Positions 18,995-29,943 are shown, numbered from the stretch's first letter. The stretch is 64,000 nt of DNA from Promethearchaeota archaeon (GCA_019058445.1 JAHPZA010000003.1:484919-548918), one strand, 5' to 3'. Numbers and translations: made by a program. Notes: generated from the letters alone by a model not told the origin.

Positions 18995-20014
18995 ATGGGA
19001 ATTGAGATAAAAAATCAAGAAATTGAAAATCAGATGAGGGAACTTGCGAGGAATTTACTTAATGAGAAAAAGGTTGATGTTATAATTGGATATGCCAAGG
19101 GTACTGTACCTTTGAGCTCAGCTCCAATAATGATTACTAATGAAGAAGATATTGACAAATTGATCTGGAATAATTTATGTTATATAAACTTAGCAAAATA
19201 TCTGGTTCCAAGAATACCCCAACTCATCGATCCTGAGGGTAACAATTTAAAAGTAGGGATAGTTTCTAAGGGATGTGTAGGGAGAGCCCTAATACATTTA
19301 GCAGTTGAAAAACAAATCAATCTTGATGATATTAAGATAATAGGTATTCCGTGTAATGGAATAATCAATCGGAAAAAAGTTGAAAAGGAAATAGATGAAA
19401 AGGAAATTTTAGAAGTCTCTGCTTCCGGCAACGATATAGTAGTTAAAGGAAAGGATTTTGAGCAAAAATTTCCTTTTGATGAATATATCAATGAATTATG
19501 TAAAGTTTGTAAGGTTAAATCACCCCCAACTGACGCGAGCATTTCAGAAGCATGTGTTGGTGAATGCCAGGAGATTTCGAATCTTGAAGATGATTTTGCT
19601 GATTTAGCGGAATTTGAGGCAAAAAGTTCCAAAGAAAAATGGGACTATATTAAAGATTTATTGAAGACATGTACAAGGTGTTATGCTTGTAGGGAAGCTT
19701 GTCCGATGTGTTATTGTAATCTATGTTTTGTGGATCAAAACAAGCCTATTTGGTTTGGTAAAACAACGGAGTTGTCTGATATAATTGTATTTCATTTGAT
19801 TCGAGCAATGCATTTAGCGGGAAGATGCGTGGCTTGCGGAGCCTGTAGCAGTGTTTGTCCTATGGGCATTGATTTAAACTTGATAACACGAAAATTAGAA
19901 AAAATGGTAAAGGAGCGATTTGATTTTACTTCAGGAATCGATAGCGAAACTTTGCCCCCAATGATGTCCTTTAATATGGATGATGAACAGGAATTTATGT
20001 TAGAGGAGGATTGA
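18995..20014 (+). CDS. flxC: FlxC-like 4Fe-4S protein
   Basis: CTRCYACREACPMCYC and HLAGRCVACGACSSVCP; position in the hdr-flxDCBA order. Confidence 0.75.
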   Translation: MGIEIKNQEIENQMRELARNLLNEKKVDVIIGYAKGTVPLSSAPIMITNEEDIDKLIWNNLCYINLAKYLVPRIPQLIDPEGNNLKVGIVSKGCVGRALIHLAVEKQINLDDIKIIGIPCNGIINRKKVEKEIDEKEILEVSASGNDIVVKGKDFEQKFPFDEYINELCKVCKVKSPPTDASISEACVGECQEISNLEDDFADLAEFEAKSSKEKWDYIKDLLKTCTRCYACREACPMCYCNLCFVDQNKPIWFGKTTELSDIIVFHLIRAMHLAGRCVACGACSSVCPMGIDLNLITRKLEKMVKERFDFTSGIDSETLPPMMSFNMDDEQEFMLEED

Positions 20015-20018
20015 GAAA

Positions 20019-21074
20019 ATGGATCAAAAAATATTAATGAAAAATGAAATTGGAAAATTGTATATTGAATTAGCAGAAGAATATAACTTTTATGCACCTG
20101 TAAAAGAAAAGGGGAATATAGTTTTTAAAAAGATCTTAAATCCAGATGATATTGTGTTAGAATATTTTAATTCAAAAGTACCACCAAAAGAAGTGCTGTT
20201 TCCGGAGATGGAAGTATTGTTTGAATATAGCTTAGACGGAAAAGATGTTGAGATACAAGACAGACAGGATTTAGACGAGAAGAATGTGATTTTTGGTATA
20301 AGACCTTGTGATGCACATGGTTTTGCGTTAATGGCCACTTTTTTTACTGCTCACGGAGACTGTGAAGACGAAATTTTTATGAAAAAACGCGCAAATACTA
20401 TCCTGATGGGGATAGGATGTAATGAGCCTAAAAGTACCTGCTTTTGCACATCATTAGGAGGTCACCCGTTCCAAAAGGATGATTTGGATGTAATGCTTAC
20501 AGATTTAGGAGAAAAATACTTAGTCGAAACTATTAGTGAGAAGGGAAAAACTTTTATTCAAAAATTAAAGTGGCTTGCTGATGCGAAAAAGAAAGATGTT
20601 CAACAAGCTCAAGAATTATCAAAGAAATCTGAAGAATCATTTGTAACGAAATTGGACCTTACTGATATTGACAAGATTTTAGATCCGAATTTTGAACATC
20701 CAATATGGAAGGAAATTAGCGATATATGTATAAGTTGTGGAACCTGTTCATATCTATGTCCAACATGCACGTGTTTCGATGTTATCGATGAAACAGACGA
20801 GTATAATAACCGAGGGCGGCGGATTCGAATTTGGGATACATGTCAATCCTGTCTCTACACACTTCACACCAGCGGGCATAATCCACGCAATAGTTGTATA
20901 GAAAGGTGTAGAAATCGTATAATGCATAAATTTAGCTATTATCCCAAAAATTATGATCAAATAGGATGCGTTGGATGTGGTCGATGTGTTCAACTATGTC
21001 CCGTTAATAATGATATAAGAGCAATTCTTACTAAAATTAAAAATATTGAAAAGGAGGAGGAAATAAGTGCCTAA
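20019..21074 (+). CDS. flxB: FlxB/AsrA-like 4Fe-4S protein
   Basis: GIRPCD, TCFCTS, CISCGTCSYLCPTCTCF, WDTC, HKF, CVGCGRCVQLCP. Confidence 0.8.
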   Translation: MDQKILMKNEIGKLYIELAEEYNFYAPVKEKGNIVFKKILNPDDIVLEYFNSKVPPKEVLFPEMEVLFEYSLDGKDVEIQDRQDLDEKNVIFGIRPCDAHGFALMATFFTAHGDCEDEIFMKKRANTILMGIGCNEPKSTCFCTSLGGHPFQKDDLDVMLTDLGEKYLVETISEKGKTFIQKLKWLADAKKKDVQQAQELSKKSEESFVTKLDLTDIDKILDPNFEHPIWKEISDICISCGTCSYLCPTCTCFDVIDETDEYNNRGRRIRIWDTCQSCLYTLHTSGHNPRNSCIERCRNRIMHKFSYYPKNYDQIGCVGCGRCVQLCPVNNDIRAILTKIKNIEKEEEISA

Positions 21075-21906
21075 TCCATATATTCCGATGCTCACTAAGG
21101 TTAAAAATATCGTTTCAGAAAATAAAGTAAATGATATTAAAACCATCGAACTAGAATTTAAAAATCAAGAGGATTATAAAGCTTTTAACTACATTCCTGG
21201 ACAATTCGCTGAGATTAGCTTGATTGGAAAGGGTGAATGTCCTATTGGTATAGCATCTTCCCCAACCGAGGAAGGTTCAATTAAATTTACCATTAAAAAG
21301 ATGGGAACTGTCACAAGCGAATTTCATAATTGTGAGGTTGGTGATACGGTAGGGGTGAGAGGTCCCTGCGGAAATGGGTGGCCAATGGAAGATCTAAAAG
21401 GCAAAAATTTAGTAGTAATCGGTGGGGGATTCGCATTTTCGACCCTACGATCACTTGTGTTATATGTATTAGATGAGAAATATAGAAAAGATTTCGGGGA
21501 TATTACAGTGATTTATGGAAACAGAGATAGTGGAGAAGTATTATATGGGGATGTCCTTGAAGAATGGGAAAAAAGGGATGATATTAACGTAGTATTAACT
21601 ATCGATCGCGAGGAAGAAGATTGGACTCGCGAAGTGGGATTCGTTGCTGCGATAGTTAAAAAAGTTGCTCCTTCTCCTGATAATGCTGTTGCGGTTGTCT
21701 GTGGTCCTCCTATAATGATAAGAACAGCAGTGGCAGAACTAGAACAATTGGGTTGGAAGGATTACCAAATTTTAAACTCTTTAGAAATGAGAATGAAATG
21801 TGGTATTGGAAAGTGTGGAAGATGTAATATTGGAAATAAATATGTCTGCGTTGATGGGCCAGTTTTCTCTCTGGAAGAACTTAAAAAATTACCCAATGAA
21901 TATTAA
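21067..21906 (+). CDS. flxA: FlxA/AsrB-like FAD/NAD(P)-binding oxidoreductase with [2Fe-2S]
   Basis: GTG start; PGQF, RGPCGNG, GGGFA, CGPPIM, MKCGIGKCGRC...CVDGPVF. Confidence 0.85.
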   Translation: MPNPYIPMLTKVKNIVSENKVNDIKTIELEFKNQEDYKAFNYIPGQFAEISLIGKGECPIGIASSPTEEGSIKFTIKKMGTVTSEFHNCEVGDTVGVRGPCGNGWPMEDLKGKNLVVIGGGFAFSTLRSLVLYVLDEKYRKDFGDITVIYGNRDSGEVLYGDVLEEWEKRDDINVVLTIDREEEDWTREVGFVAAIVKKVAPSPDNAVAVVCGPPIMIRTAVAELEQLGWKDYQILNSLEMRMKCGIGKCGRCNIGNKYVCVDGPVFSLEELKKLPNEY

Positions 21907-21943
21907 AATTAAAACTAATAATAGAAAAAAGGTTGATAAAAAA

Positions 21944-23056
21944 TTGGTTGAAGAAGTATTACCAAAATCGTTTGAAGATTTAATAAAAGATGTTCATGAA
22001 CTAGGAATCTGTGGAGAATGTGGTGGATGTGTAAGTTTTTGCTCTGCAGGCGAGATTAAAGCAATCGTAATGCCAGAGTCAGGTCCGCCGGTATATTATG
22101 ATAAGGATAATTGTCTCCATTGCGGAATTTGTTATTTAGTTTGTCCACAGACTCATGTTATGGATAATGAATTAAATAAGCGTTTTAATTATAAAGTCTC
22201 TATAGGAAATTACACCAAAGTTACCTCAAGTCAAGCAACTTCAGAGGAAATTAGAAAAAAGGCAACAGATGGAGGAGTGGTTACCGCGATTTTATCTTAC
22301 CTTTTAGATAAAAATCTAATCAGTGGTGCGATTGTATCAAAAAAGGAAGGACCATTTAATAGGATCCCCTTCTTTGCCTCCACAAAAGATGAATTATTAG
22401 AAGCCGCGGGATCGCATTATGATTTGTCGCAAGGAGTAGTAGGTTTAGAAAACTATAATTCATTTGTTCCAACAATTACCAAATTAAAACAAGTAGTAAG
22501 TTTAGATATGCCTAGTATTGCCGTCGTTGGAACACCATGCCAGATAATGTCAATACGTAAGATGCAGGAGTTAAGTATTTTACCAGCTCATATCGTAAAA
22601 TATACATTGGGTTTATTTTGTAATTTGAACTTTTCGTTTAATGCGGATGCTCGCAAAGAATTGGAAGAACGGTTCGATTTTTCTTTTGATGATGTGGAAA
22701 AATTAAATATTAAAGAGAATTTAATTATCCAGCTGAAAAATGGGCAGACAAAATATATCGATTTTAAGGATATTCACGAATTTGCACGATCTGCATGTTT
22801 TGCTTGCAGGGACTTTTCCAATGTATATGCGGATATCTCATTTGGGGGTTTAGGATCTAAAGACGGCTATACTACCTCTGTAATTCGAACAAAAGCAGGG
22901 GAAGAAATATACAATAATGCGCTCAGAGAAGGATATATACAAGAAACTTCTGATATGAATACGTCTGTCAAAAAATCAGAAATGCTCGCAAAAGTTATTA
23001 GTTTTGGGAAGAGAAAATTCGAAAGATATAAACAAGCTCGTAAAGCAAGAGAGTAA
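21944..23056 (+). CDS. FrhB/FpoF-family F420-interacting subunit with N-terminal ferredoxin
   Basis: Likely TTG start at 21944; CGECGGCVSFC and CLHCGICYLVCP, DGGVVT, GTPCQ, GLFC, CFACRDF...ADISFG. Confidence 0.85.
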   Translation: MVEEVLPKSFEDLIKDVHELGICGECGGCVSFCSAGEIKAIVMPESGPPVYYDKDNCLHCGICYLVCPQTHVMDNELNKRFNYKVSIGNYTKVTSSQATSEEIRKKATDGGVVTAILSYLLDKNLISGAIVSKKEGPFNRIPFFASTKDELLEAAGSHYDLSQGVVGLENYNSFVPTITKLKQVVSLDMPSIAVVGTPCQIMSIRKMQELSILPAHIVKYTLGLFCNLNFSFNADARKELEERFDFSFDDVEKLNIKENLIIQLKNGQTKYIDFKDIHEFARSACFACRDFSNVYADISFGGLGSKDGYTTSVIRTKAGEEIYNNALREGYIQETSDMNTSVKKSEMLAKVISFGKRKFERYKQARKARE

Positions 23057-23107
23057 ATCTTAAAATCTTTTTTTTACTTAATTAATCTATAATTCCCTTT
23101 TTTAAAA

Positions 23108-25111
23108 TCATTTTTTAATGGACTCATATTCTTTCTTCAATCTAGCGAGTTCTTCTTCTTCTTTTGCTTTTTTTTTTGCGAGTTTCGCTTTCTGCTTTTC
23201 TAATTTCTTTTCTTGTTTTTTTTTCTTTTTAATTAATTTAGCTTGTTGTTTCTTTTTTGCCTTTAATTCTTTTAATTCGATCTTTTGTCTTTCAATAGCT
23301 TCTCTCTCTTGCTGCTCTTTCTCTAATCGTTCTTGTTCAATTCTTTGCTGTTCTTGTCTTTCAGCCTCAATTTTTTCTTGTTCTCTCTGTAATTTGATTC
23401 TCTCTTGTTCTTTTCGAAGTGCTTCTATTCTCTCTCTTTCTTTTCTCTCTTCTTCTAACTTTTGTTTTTCTTTTTCAATCCTCTCTTTCTCTAAAGCTTC
23501 CCGTTCCTTTCGCTCTTTTTCTAATCGTTCTCTTTCGATTCTTTCCCTTTCCTCCCTTTCTTTTCGCTCTTTTTCCAACCTTTCCTCTTCAAATTGATTT
23601 ATCCATTTACCAACTCCTTCAAGTAATTCTTTCTTATCTTTTGGCGGAAGACCTAGAAGGGCTTCTTTTTTCTCGTAAATGTTTGCCCATTTGCTTAATT
23701 CCCATTTTATTTTTGAAAATTCAACTGGATATAAGTTTTTTATACTATCTCGTGCTAATCCGATTGCTATTCCTACAGAGTGCATATCAAAATCTTCCTC
23801 AATGATCCTTCTGATATATAATAAAATTTGTTCAATATCTTCTGTAGGGACTGGAGGGAGTGCTTTGGCTTGAACAAATTCAGACTTTTCTACTCTTAAT
23901 TTAAATTGCTCTGTTTCTCTTTGCGGTTCTCGATAATCTTTTAGTGTAGAAATACCAACTTGCTGAGAAGAAGAATCGACGGATCTTGTATGTGGAATGA
24001 CAAAAGATTCCTCTTTTACTGGTTTAATTTCAATTTCTTCTTTAATATTTCTCGGAAATTCACTTGGCCACTCGATCATTGAATTTAAACGATTTTCTGC
24101 GGAATATAATACTGATTTTTTAAGGGATAAAGTGGGTTCTGATGGGGATTCTAATAAAGAAATAGGAGTTGTTTCAGACTTTAAACTCTTAGACACATTT
24201 TCTAAAATGGAGTATGGATACATTGGATCATAATCAATTGTAGAATAAGTTTTCTTTAAATGAGTAATAACTTGTTCGATTTTTTGAAGTTCTATTGGAG
24301 ATAAGATTTTTGGTAAATATTCATCAACCCCATAATTGATTTCATTTAATCCCGCTGTTTCTTCCATATATCCCCTAGATACATATACTTTCATTTTATC
24401 TGATACGATTATTTTATTATAATAATCTCGAGAACTGCTTAGAAGCAAATGCCCCATAGCATCTAATTTGTAAGATTCTGGATCTCGAATTTTATCCATA
24501 AAATCCAAGAAGATATCCTTATTAGGAATAAAAATATTTCTCATAATAGCTCCTTTAATAAGAGTTTGCCGGCCTTCAGATTTAAAAGAGAGATCAATAG
24601 GTATCTTTATAACTTTTTCTGTAATAATTGCATCTTTATCATCTTCTAATGTAAGATCATTAGAGGCTGCGAGATGATCATATACAAAATCAGATAAGAT
24701 CAATCCTGTAAGTAGACGATTATCAATAATATATTTTCCTCTAGATAATTCTACATCATGGCGTAATTCAAATTTGTTATAGTAATAACCTATTCCAAAA
24801 ATAAAATAAATTGTACCTTTTTCAGTTTCAACCGCACATTCAGCTCCACCAAAAAGGATTACAATGTCAGTTATGATTTTTGCTACACCGTGACCGACAT
24901 ATTTACCTAAGGTCGGATATCCTAGTAAATCCCCCCAACTCGGGATTATAAAAATCATATTATTAGGGATGAGGCGATTAAGTTTTTTAAATTGCTCTTC
25001 TTTTTCTCTTTCTAATTTTTCTTGTTCGATTCGTGCTTTTTCAATTCTTTCTTTATCTAAAATTTCTTTATCCAATTTTTCATTCTCATTTAAAGGTTCT
25101 TTTTCTTCCAT
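23108..25111 (-). CDS. Hypothetical protein with E/K/R-rich coiled-coil N- and C-terminal regions
   Basis: 667-aa ORF with a long (ERERIE/EKER)n charged tail and a globular middle of unknown family. Confidence 0.8.
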   Translation of the reverse strand: MEEKEPLNENEKLDKEILDKERIEKARIEQEKLEREKEEQFKKLNRLIPNNMIFIIPSWGDLLGYPTLGKYVGHGVAKIITDIVILFGGAECAVETEKGTIYFIFGIGYYYNKFELRHDVELSRGKYIIDNRLLTGLILSDFVYDHLAASNDLTLEDDKDAIITEKVIKIPIDLSFKSEGRQTLIKGAIMRNIFIPNKDIFLDFMDKIRDPESYKLDAMGHLLLSSSRDYYNKIIVSDKMKVYVSRGYMEETAGLNEINYGVDEYLPKILSPIELQKIEQVITHLKKTYSTIDYDPMYPYSILENVSKSLKSETTPISLLESPSEPTLSLKKSVLYSAENRLNSMIEWPSEFPRNIKEEIEIKPVKEESFVIPHTRSVDSSSQQVGISTLKDYREPQRETEQFKLRVEKSEFVQAKALPPVPTEDIEQILLYIRRIIEEDFDMHSVGIAIGLARDSIKNLYPVEFSKIKWELSKWANIYEKKEALLGLPPKDKKELLEGVGKWINQFEEERLEKERKEREERERIERERLEKERKEREALEKERIEKEKQKLEEERKERERIEALRKEQERIKLQREQEKIEAERQEQQRIEQERLEKEQQEREAIERQKIELKELKAKKKQQAKLIKKKKKQEKKLEKQKAKLAKKKAKEEEELARLKKEYESIKK

Positions 25112-25381
25112 AATCTCAACTTTTTGAAATTAATTGTAATTTCCTTTTTAGTACTCGAAATCACTCTATTATTATTTTTCCTTTTATTTTAGTATTTTAA
25201 AAATAATAAATATTAACCTTTTTTAACAAATATCGTCAATTTCAAGTGAGATTTTTAAACTAATTTATCTTAATTTAAAGTAAAATAAGTTTATAATATT
25301 CCAATGTAAAAATTTGCATTTCAAATATTTTAGATTAATTTATTCAATTTCTAATCTAATGATGAGATGTAAAAAAATTAA

Positions 25382-26500
25382 ATGGTGAATCAAATGGCTG
25401 TGAAAAATATAAGTAATGACACGATGGTATTGATTGCCTCTGACCAACACTTAGGTGCCCGAAAATCAAAGAGTGAGGAATTTAAAGCTTTTCTTGATCA
25501 AGTTATTTATAAGCTCGACAATGAGATGTTAAAGAAGTTAAAGGCATTCTTACTACTTGGAGATTTCTTTGATATTGTGATGGATACTTATAAGGATATA
25601 TCTACAGATTTTAAAGAAATATATAATCGATTAGATGTACTACTAGAAAATGGTATTCATGTGATAATTACTCTCGGGAATCATGAAATCTCGATAAGAA
25701 AACCTTTAGAAAAACGATTCAAGAGAAGGAAAAATAAAATGGTCAGAAAATTTCAAAGGAAAAAACTGAGGAATAAATTCCTTAAAAGAGAAAATATGTG
25801 TCAATATATCGTTCTAAGAAAAAATGAGAATGAACAATTAGAAATGATAACATATGATTCTAAGAATCATATTGATAAGACTAGATTTGTAAAAGCAGAA
25901 ATTTTAGGTAATATCCCACATGAAGGTCCTCTGAAAGGAAGATATAAATGCTTATTTACCCATGGTTTTCAATTTGAACCCGAAAAATTTTCTTTTTTCG
26001 CTCTAATCTGGTGTTTCTTACTAAGAATGCCTGGTTTTATCAAGGAACTTTTTGATATATTATGGAATGGAATAATTAAAACCCCGGAGAGGCCCGCAAT
26101 TGAACAAATCGATAAAGCGGAGTTTAATCGAAGAATAAAAGAAAATAAAAAGATGCTCAACAAGAAACAAAAAATATCCTATTTTCTCTTTAAACGATTT
26201 ATACTTAAAGAATTAGTCAAAGAAGCAGAACGTCGAGCTGCCATCAAAGATAACAGTGAATTTAATAAAGTCATCGAAGAATCTTATATAGATGATTTTT
26301 TAGAATTAGGAATAACACATGTAGTTTACGGTCATTCTCATACAAAGCAGGAAGATGTTGTTATAAAAGGAGTTCCTGTGTTTAATACAGGAGGTTGGCA
26401 GCAAGTATCCGAACCAGCTTTTATTGAAATTCATTCAAATGGAGATATTAGGGTAAAAAGCTATACTCAAAAAGAAGAAATATCCAATATTGAAGCATAG
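25382..26500 (+). CDS. Calcineurin-like metallophosphoesterase (LpxH-like)
   Basis: SDQH, GDFFD, GNHE, THG and GHSH motifs. Confidence 0.85.
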   Translation: MVNQMAVKNISNDTMVLIASDQHLGARKSKSEEFKAFLDQVIYKLDNEMLKKLKAFLLLGDFFDIVMDTYKDISTDFKEIYNRLDVLLENGIHVIITLGNHEISIRKPLEKRFKRRKNKMVRKFQRKKLRNKFLKRENMCQYIVLRKNENEQLEMITYDSKNHIDKTRFVKAEILGNIPHEGPLKGRYKCLFTHGFQFEPEKFSFFALIWCFLLRMPGFIKELFDILWNGIIKTPERPAIEQIDKAEFNRRIKENKKMLNKKQKISYFLFKRFILKELVKEAERRAAIKDNSEFNKVIEESYIDDFLELGITHVVYGHSHTKQEDVVIKGVPVFNTGGWQQVSEPAFIEIHSNGDIRVKSYTQKEEISNIEA

Positions 26501-26908
26501 CTACTTAAAACTATTGTAAAATTCTTTTTTTATATCTTTTAATTATCCTAAAATGTCGATTAAAATAGCTTTAACTCTTAAAAAGTAATATTTTTTGAGT
26601 GATGATTTTTAATAATTGTTTCTTTTATTTATTATCGCTTCCCCTAATAATATTTGTTTGTGTGATGGGAAGGGAGAGTTTTGATCTTTTTTGGTGATCA
26701 TTTTCGTGCAATTTTATAAAAAGGTTTATTTAGATACGGGATTTTTTATTGATTCTCGACATGCAATTAATATTATGCAATATTTATTGACTTATATCTT
26801 TCAAATTATTACGGGATGTGATAACAAAATGACGAAAAGCAAATATTTAAAAATTCAAAATTCTTATTATTAAATAAGAAATAAAAAAAATTAATGAGAA
26901 GGTAAAAA

Positions 26909-27229
26909 ATGATCGAATCGGAATTTTCTGATAAACTTGCGGACGAAGCTTTCAAAAATTTTGAGAACATCAAAAAATCCCTAAAAGGATTGTTTGAAAT
27001 CTTGCAGCTTGCTAAAGATGGTGAAGAATTTCAAGATGTTTATTATGATCTTGGAGTAGATAATATTTCTGGCCTCTATGAAAACCTACTCGAATTGATG
27101 TTTAACGATTATGGTGCAAGAAAAGTTATGAAAGCTCTAAGAAATTCTGAAATTGATCTGGCAATTCCTCTAAACGACCCAATCAAGGGAGAAAGCGAAA
27201 GCGAAGAAGAAGAAGAAGCTGTTTTTTAA
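26909..27229 (+). CDS. Small acidic hypothetical protein
   Basis: 106-aa ATG ORF with a purine-rich leader. Confidence 0.65.
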   Translation: MIESEFSDKLADEAFKNFENIKKSLKGLFEILQLAKDGEEFQDVYYDLGVDNISGLYENLLELMFNDYGARKVMKALRNSEIDLAIPLNDPIKGESESEEEEEAVF

Positions 27230-27364
27230 GCACTACCTATTTTTCTTATTATTAGGATATATTATCCCTGACTTCATTTTGCTAATTAGTTTATTTTAAT
27301 AGTTATCATTAATTTCAATTTATAATTTAGTTACTTTCAATTATATTAAAAAAGAGGATATAAA

Positions 27365-28399
27365 TTGGTTATAAAAACTGATATAACAGAGATGTTTGGG
27401 ATTAAACACCCCATCGTAGCTGCGCCTATGGGTCCTTTTTACACAACTGACCTTACTATCGCAGTTAGCGAAGCTGGCGGTATGGGGGTTTTAAGCCATA
27501 CAAATTTATTTGGAAAGGATAGTTTAACGGAACTAAAGAAGAATATGGAATATGTGGTTGAGCATACTGACAAGCCATTTGGATTTAACATTAGGACGGG
27601 CCGCATGCAGATGGATGCAAAGATACTCTGCCAAAAAATCCCTCGCTTTATCTTGAAAAACCCTAAAATTAGGGAACAATGTCTATATGCATTAACAAGC
27701 GCAGGATCGTCAAAGTTGATTAAAACGAAAGCTTGGCAAGCACTAAAAGAAAGTGGTTCGAATATCAAACACTTTCATGTTGCTCCTGCTTTATGGCTAG
27801 CGGATAAATGTGTTGCTTCAAATGTGGATGGTATGGTTGTCACTGGTGGAGAAGGTGGGGGCCATCAATCTTATGAAAAGATTAGCACTTTAGTATTGCT
27901 CCAACAGGTAAAACAAAAATACCCCGACTTTCCTGTAATAGCATGTGGAGGTTTTGCTACCGGTGAAGGGATAGCCGCTGCTTTAGCTATAGGAGCTGGA
28001 GCTGTGGCGATGGGTTCAAGATTTATCGCTTCACAAGAAAGCGAGTTTCATCAGACCTATAAAGATATCGTACCCTCCGGTAAGGCTACGGATACTGTGT
28101 TAGTTACCGGATTTTTAGGTCCGATTCGACTCTGGAAAAATAAATATTCTCTCCATCACGGTCTTGTGGCAAATAAGGAAGAGAAAATGGCAGAGGAATC
28201 AAAAATGTCCTTGGAGGACTTAATAAAAGATGGTAAACATTATGAGATGACTTACCACGGGGACATTGAAGATGGTGCAGTTCTCTTAGGGCAAAGCATT
28301 GGGTTAATACCTAGTATTGATAAAGTACCAGATATTATTGATACTCTGGTGAAAGGCGCTGAAAAACGGTTAAAAGCTGCTGCTTCTATGGTAGAATAG
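27365..28399 (+). CDS. Nitronate monooxygenase/FabK-like FMN-dependent oxidoreductase
   Basis: TTG start; HPIVAAPM, AVSEAGGMG, KPFGFN, EGGGH, ACGGF, MGSRF, GQSIG. Confidence 0.88.
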   Translation: MVIKTDITEMFGIKHPIVAAPMGPFYTTDLTIAVSEAGGMGVLSHTNLFGKDSLTELKKNMEYVVEHTDKPFGFNIRTGRMQMDAKILCQKIPRFILKNPKIREQCLYALTSAGSSKLIKTKAWQALKESGSNIKHFHVAPALWLADKCVASNVDGMVVTGGEGGGHQSYEKISTLVLLQQVKQKYPDFPVIACGGFATGEGIAAALAIGAGAVAMGSRFIASQESEFHQTYKDIVPSGKATDTVLVTGFLGPIRLWKNKYSLHHGLVANKEEKMAEESKMSLEDLIKDGKHYEMTYHGDIEDGAVLLGQSIGLIPSIDKVPDIIDTLVKGAEKRLKAAASMVE

Positions 28400-28518
28400 T
28401 TTAAAACAAACTTATTTTATCAATTTTTACTTAATATACAAAAATTTTTTTTTTTCTTTATTTTTATGGATTTTGCTAAATTGAAAAAATTTAAGAGAGA
28501 AATCTGAAAAAATTAAAT

Positions 28519-29943
28519 TTATAGTTGAAGCTCTTTCAATTTCGCTCGAATTATTTCAACTTTCTCTGGTTTTAAATCGCAAAACTTCCAGAAAATACCT
28601 CCCCCAATGAGAATTATAAAAATTGGGATTAATGCCGTGTGGAGACGAATACCCCAAATAGCTAAATCCGTTTGGGAAGCACCTGGTATGGGATTAAATC
28701 CAGTAGCAATATGGACGGTTGTAAATATTATAGCTTGACAAATATATGATAATCTCACGAAAAACGTTCGGATTCCGAGAAATATTCCTTCTTCCCTCGT
28801 TTTTCGTTCAATAACTATTTCATCTAATACATCGCTAAGCATAGCTAAGGATATAGCATATGTAGCCCCAATCCCCACTCCAACTAACAATGTACTAATA
28901 AAAGCACCCAATACATCGGAAACAAAAAGTAGAGGTACGGCAGCGGCGGCGGTAACTAGAAATCCAATAAAAAAAGTAATTCTGTTCCCTTTTCTACGTG
29001 CTAACATCACCCATAATGGAACAGAGACCAGGCTTCCTAAAAGTACCCCTGCTGTAAGAAAAACTTCAGAGCTAGCAGGTTGTTTTAGTATATATTGATT
29101 AAGATAAGGAATTGAAGCCACCATGACTACAACTAAAATTTGCCAACATGTATATGCTAGCACAAATGCCATGAAATTTCTTTTTTTTAACGCAAACCTT
29201 AGTACTTTCCAAAAAGATGCTTTTTCCTCTTCTTTTTTTCCTTCACTAGCCAATTGCATAGCTCTATCAATCATAGTTTGATTTTCTCGGGTCCCCGGTA
29301 TCATTAAAACTACACAAATTAATCCAACAATCATAATTATCGCTGCTGCAGTAAAATAGGATTGTTTATTACCATATGTAATAAATAGTGGAGGTATAAG
29401 AACACCGATTGCAACACCCACTAAACCTAAGATTGAACCAATCCCGCCAATTTTAGTGCGTTCATTCTGAGAACGAAAACGATCGGGAGCTTGCGCTAAG
29501 AAATTAACATTCCACACTGATAAGAAAAAATCTATGAGACATGTTATAATTGTGAGATATAAGAAGATGAGTAATGCATCTTTGACTGGATCAACATTAG
29601 GAGGCGCAAATAAGAGTAAAAAAAAGATACAATAGAGTATAGCTCCGATGAAGATCCATGGAAATCTCCTACCCCATCTTTTCCATAATATATTCGGCTT
29701 ATCACTTAAATATCCGATAAATGGATCGTTGACCATGTTCCATATGCCATATATAATAAATGAGAGTAAGATAAAAAGCACTGGGAGCCCTACTTCTGTT
29801 TCATAGAAGATAAATGTTCTTGTATCAAACACTACTCCTATGAATGTAATAAGAAAATTACCTATAGCATATGATAATTGAATTCCAGTTGATGATGGTG
29901 CTTCAATACTTTCAGCCATTTTACTTTCTTTAATATTGTTCAT
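28519..29943 (-). CDS. MFS GPH-family (MelB/MFSD2-like) symporter
   Basis: WNMVNDPFIGYLSD, WGRRFPW, REEG.F.GIRTFF; about 12 TM. Confidence 0.9.
   Translation of the reverse strand: MNNIKESKMAESIEAPSSTGIQLSYAIGNFLITFIGVVFDTRTFIFYETEVGLPVLFILLSFIIYGIWNMVNDPFIGYLSDKPNILWKRWGRRFPWIFIGAILYCIFFLLLFAPPNVDPVKDALLIFLYLTIITCLIDFFLSVWNVNFLAQAPDRFRSQNERTKIGGIGSILGLVGVAIGVLIPPLFITYGNKQSYFTAAAIIMIVGLICVVLMIPGTRENQTMIDRAMQLASEGKKEEEKASFWKVLRFALKKRNFMAFVLAYTCWQILVVVMVASIPYLNQYILKQPASSEVFLTAGVLLGSLVSVPLWVMLARRKGNRITFFIGFLVTAAAAVPLLFVSDVLGAFISTLLVGVGIGATYAISLAMLSDVLDEIVIERKTREEGIFLGIRTFFVRLSYICQAIIFTTVHIATGFNPIPGASQTDLAIWGIRLHTALIPIFIILIGGGIFWKFCDLKPEKVEIIRAKLKELQL

Noticed and set aside
20019-21906. Anaerobic sulfite reductase AsrAB, or sulfhydrogenase, linked to sulfonate-derived sulfite
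   Set aside because: No siroheme AsrC or NiFe subunits; gene order matches hdr-flxDCBA.
23118-24233. Plus-strand Ser/Phe/Leu-rich ORFs and a possible tandem-repeat array
   Set aside because: Antisense shadows of the E/K/R-rich gene. The repeats are codon-level low complexity, not CRISPR or VNTR.
26630-26873. CTTCCC/GGGAAG hairpin and the 60-aa ORF 26691..26873
   Set aside because: Short stem with a long loop and no RNA family recognised. The ORF has a TTG start and no coding support.
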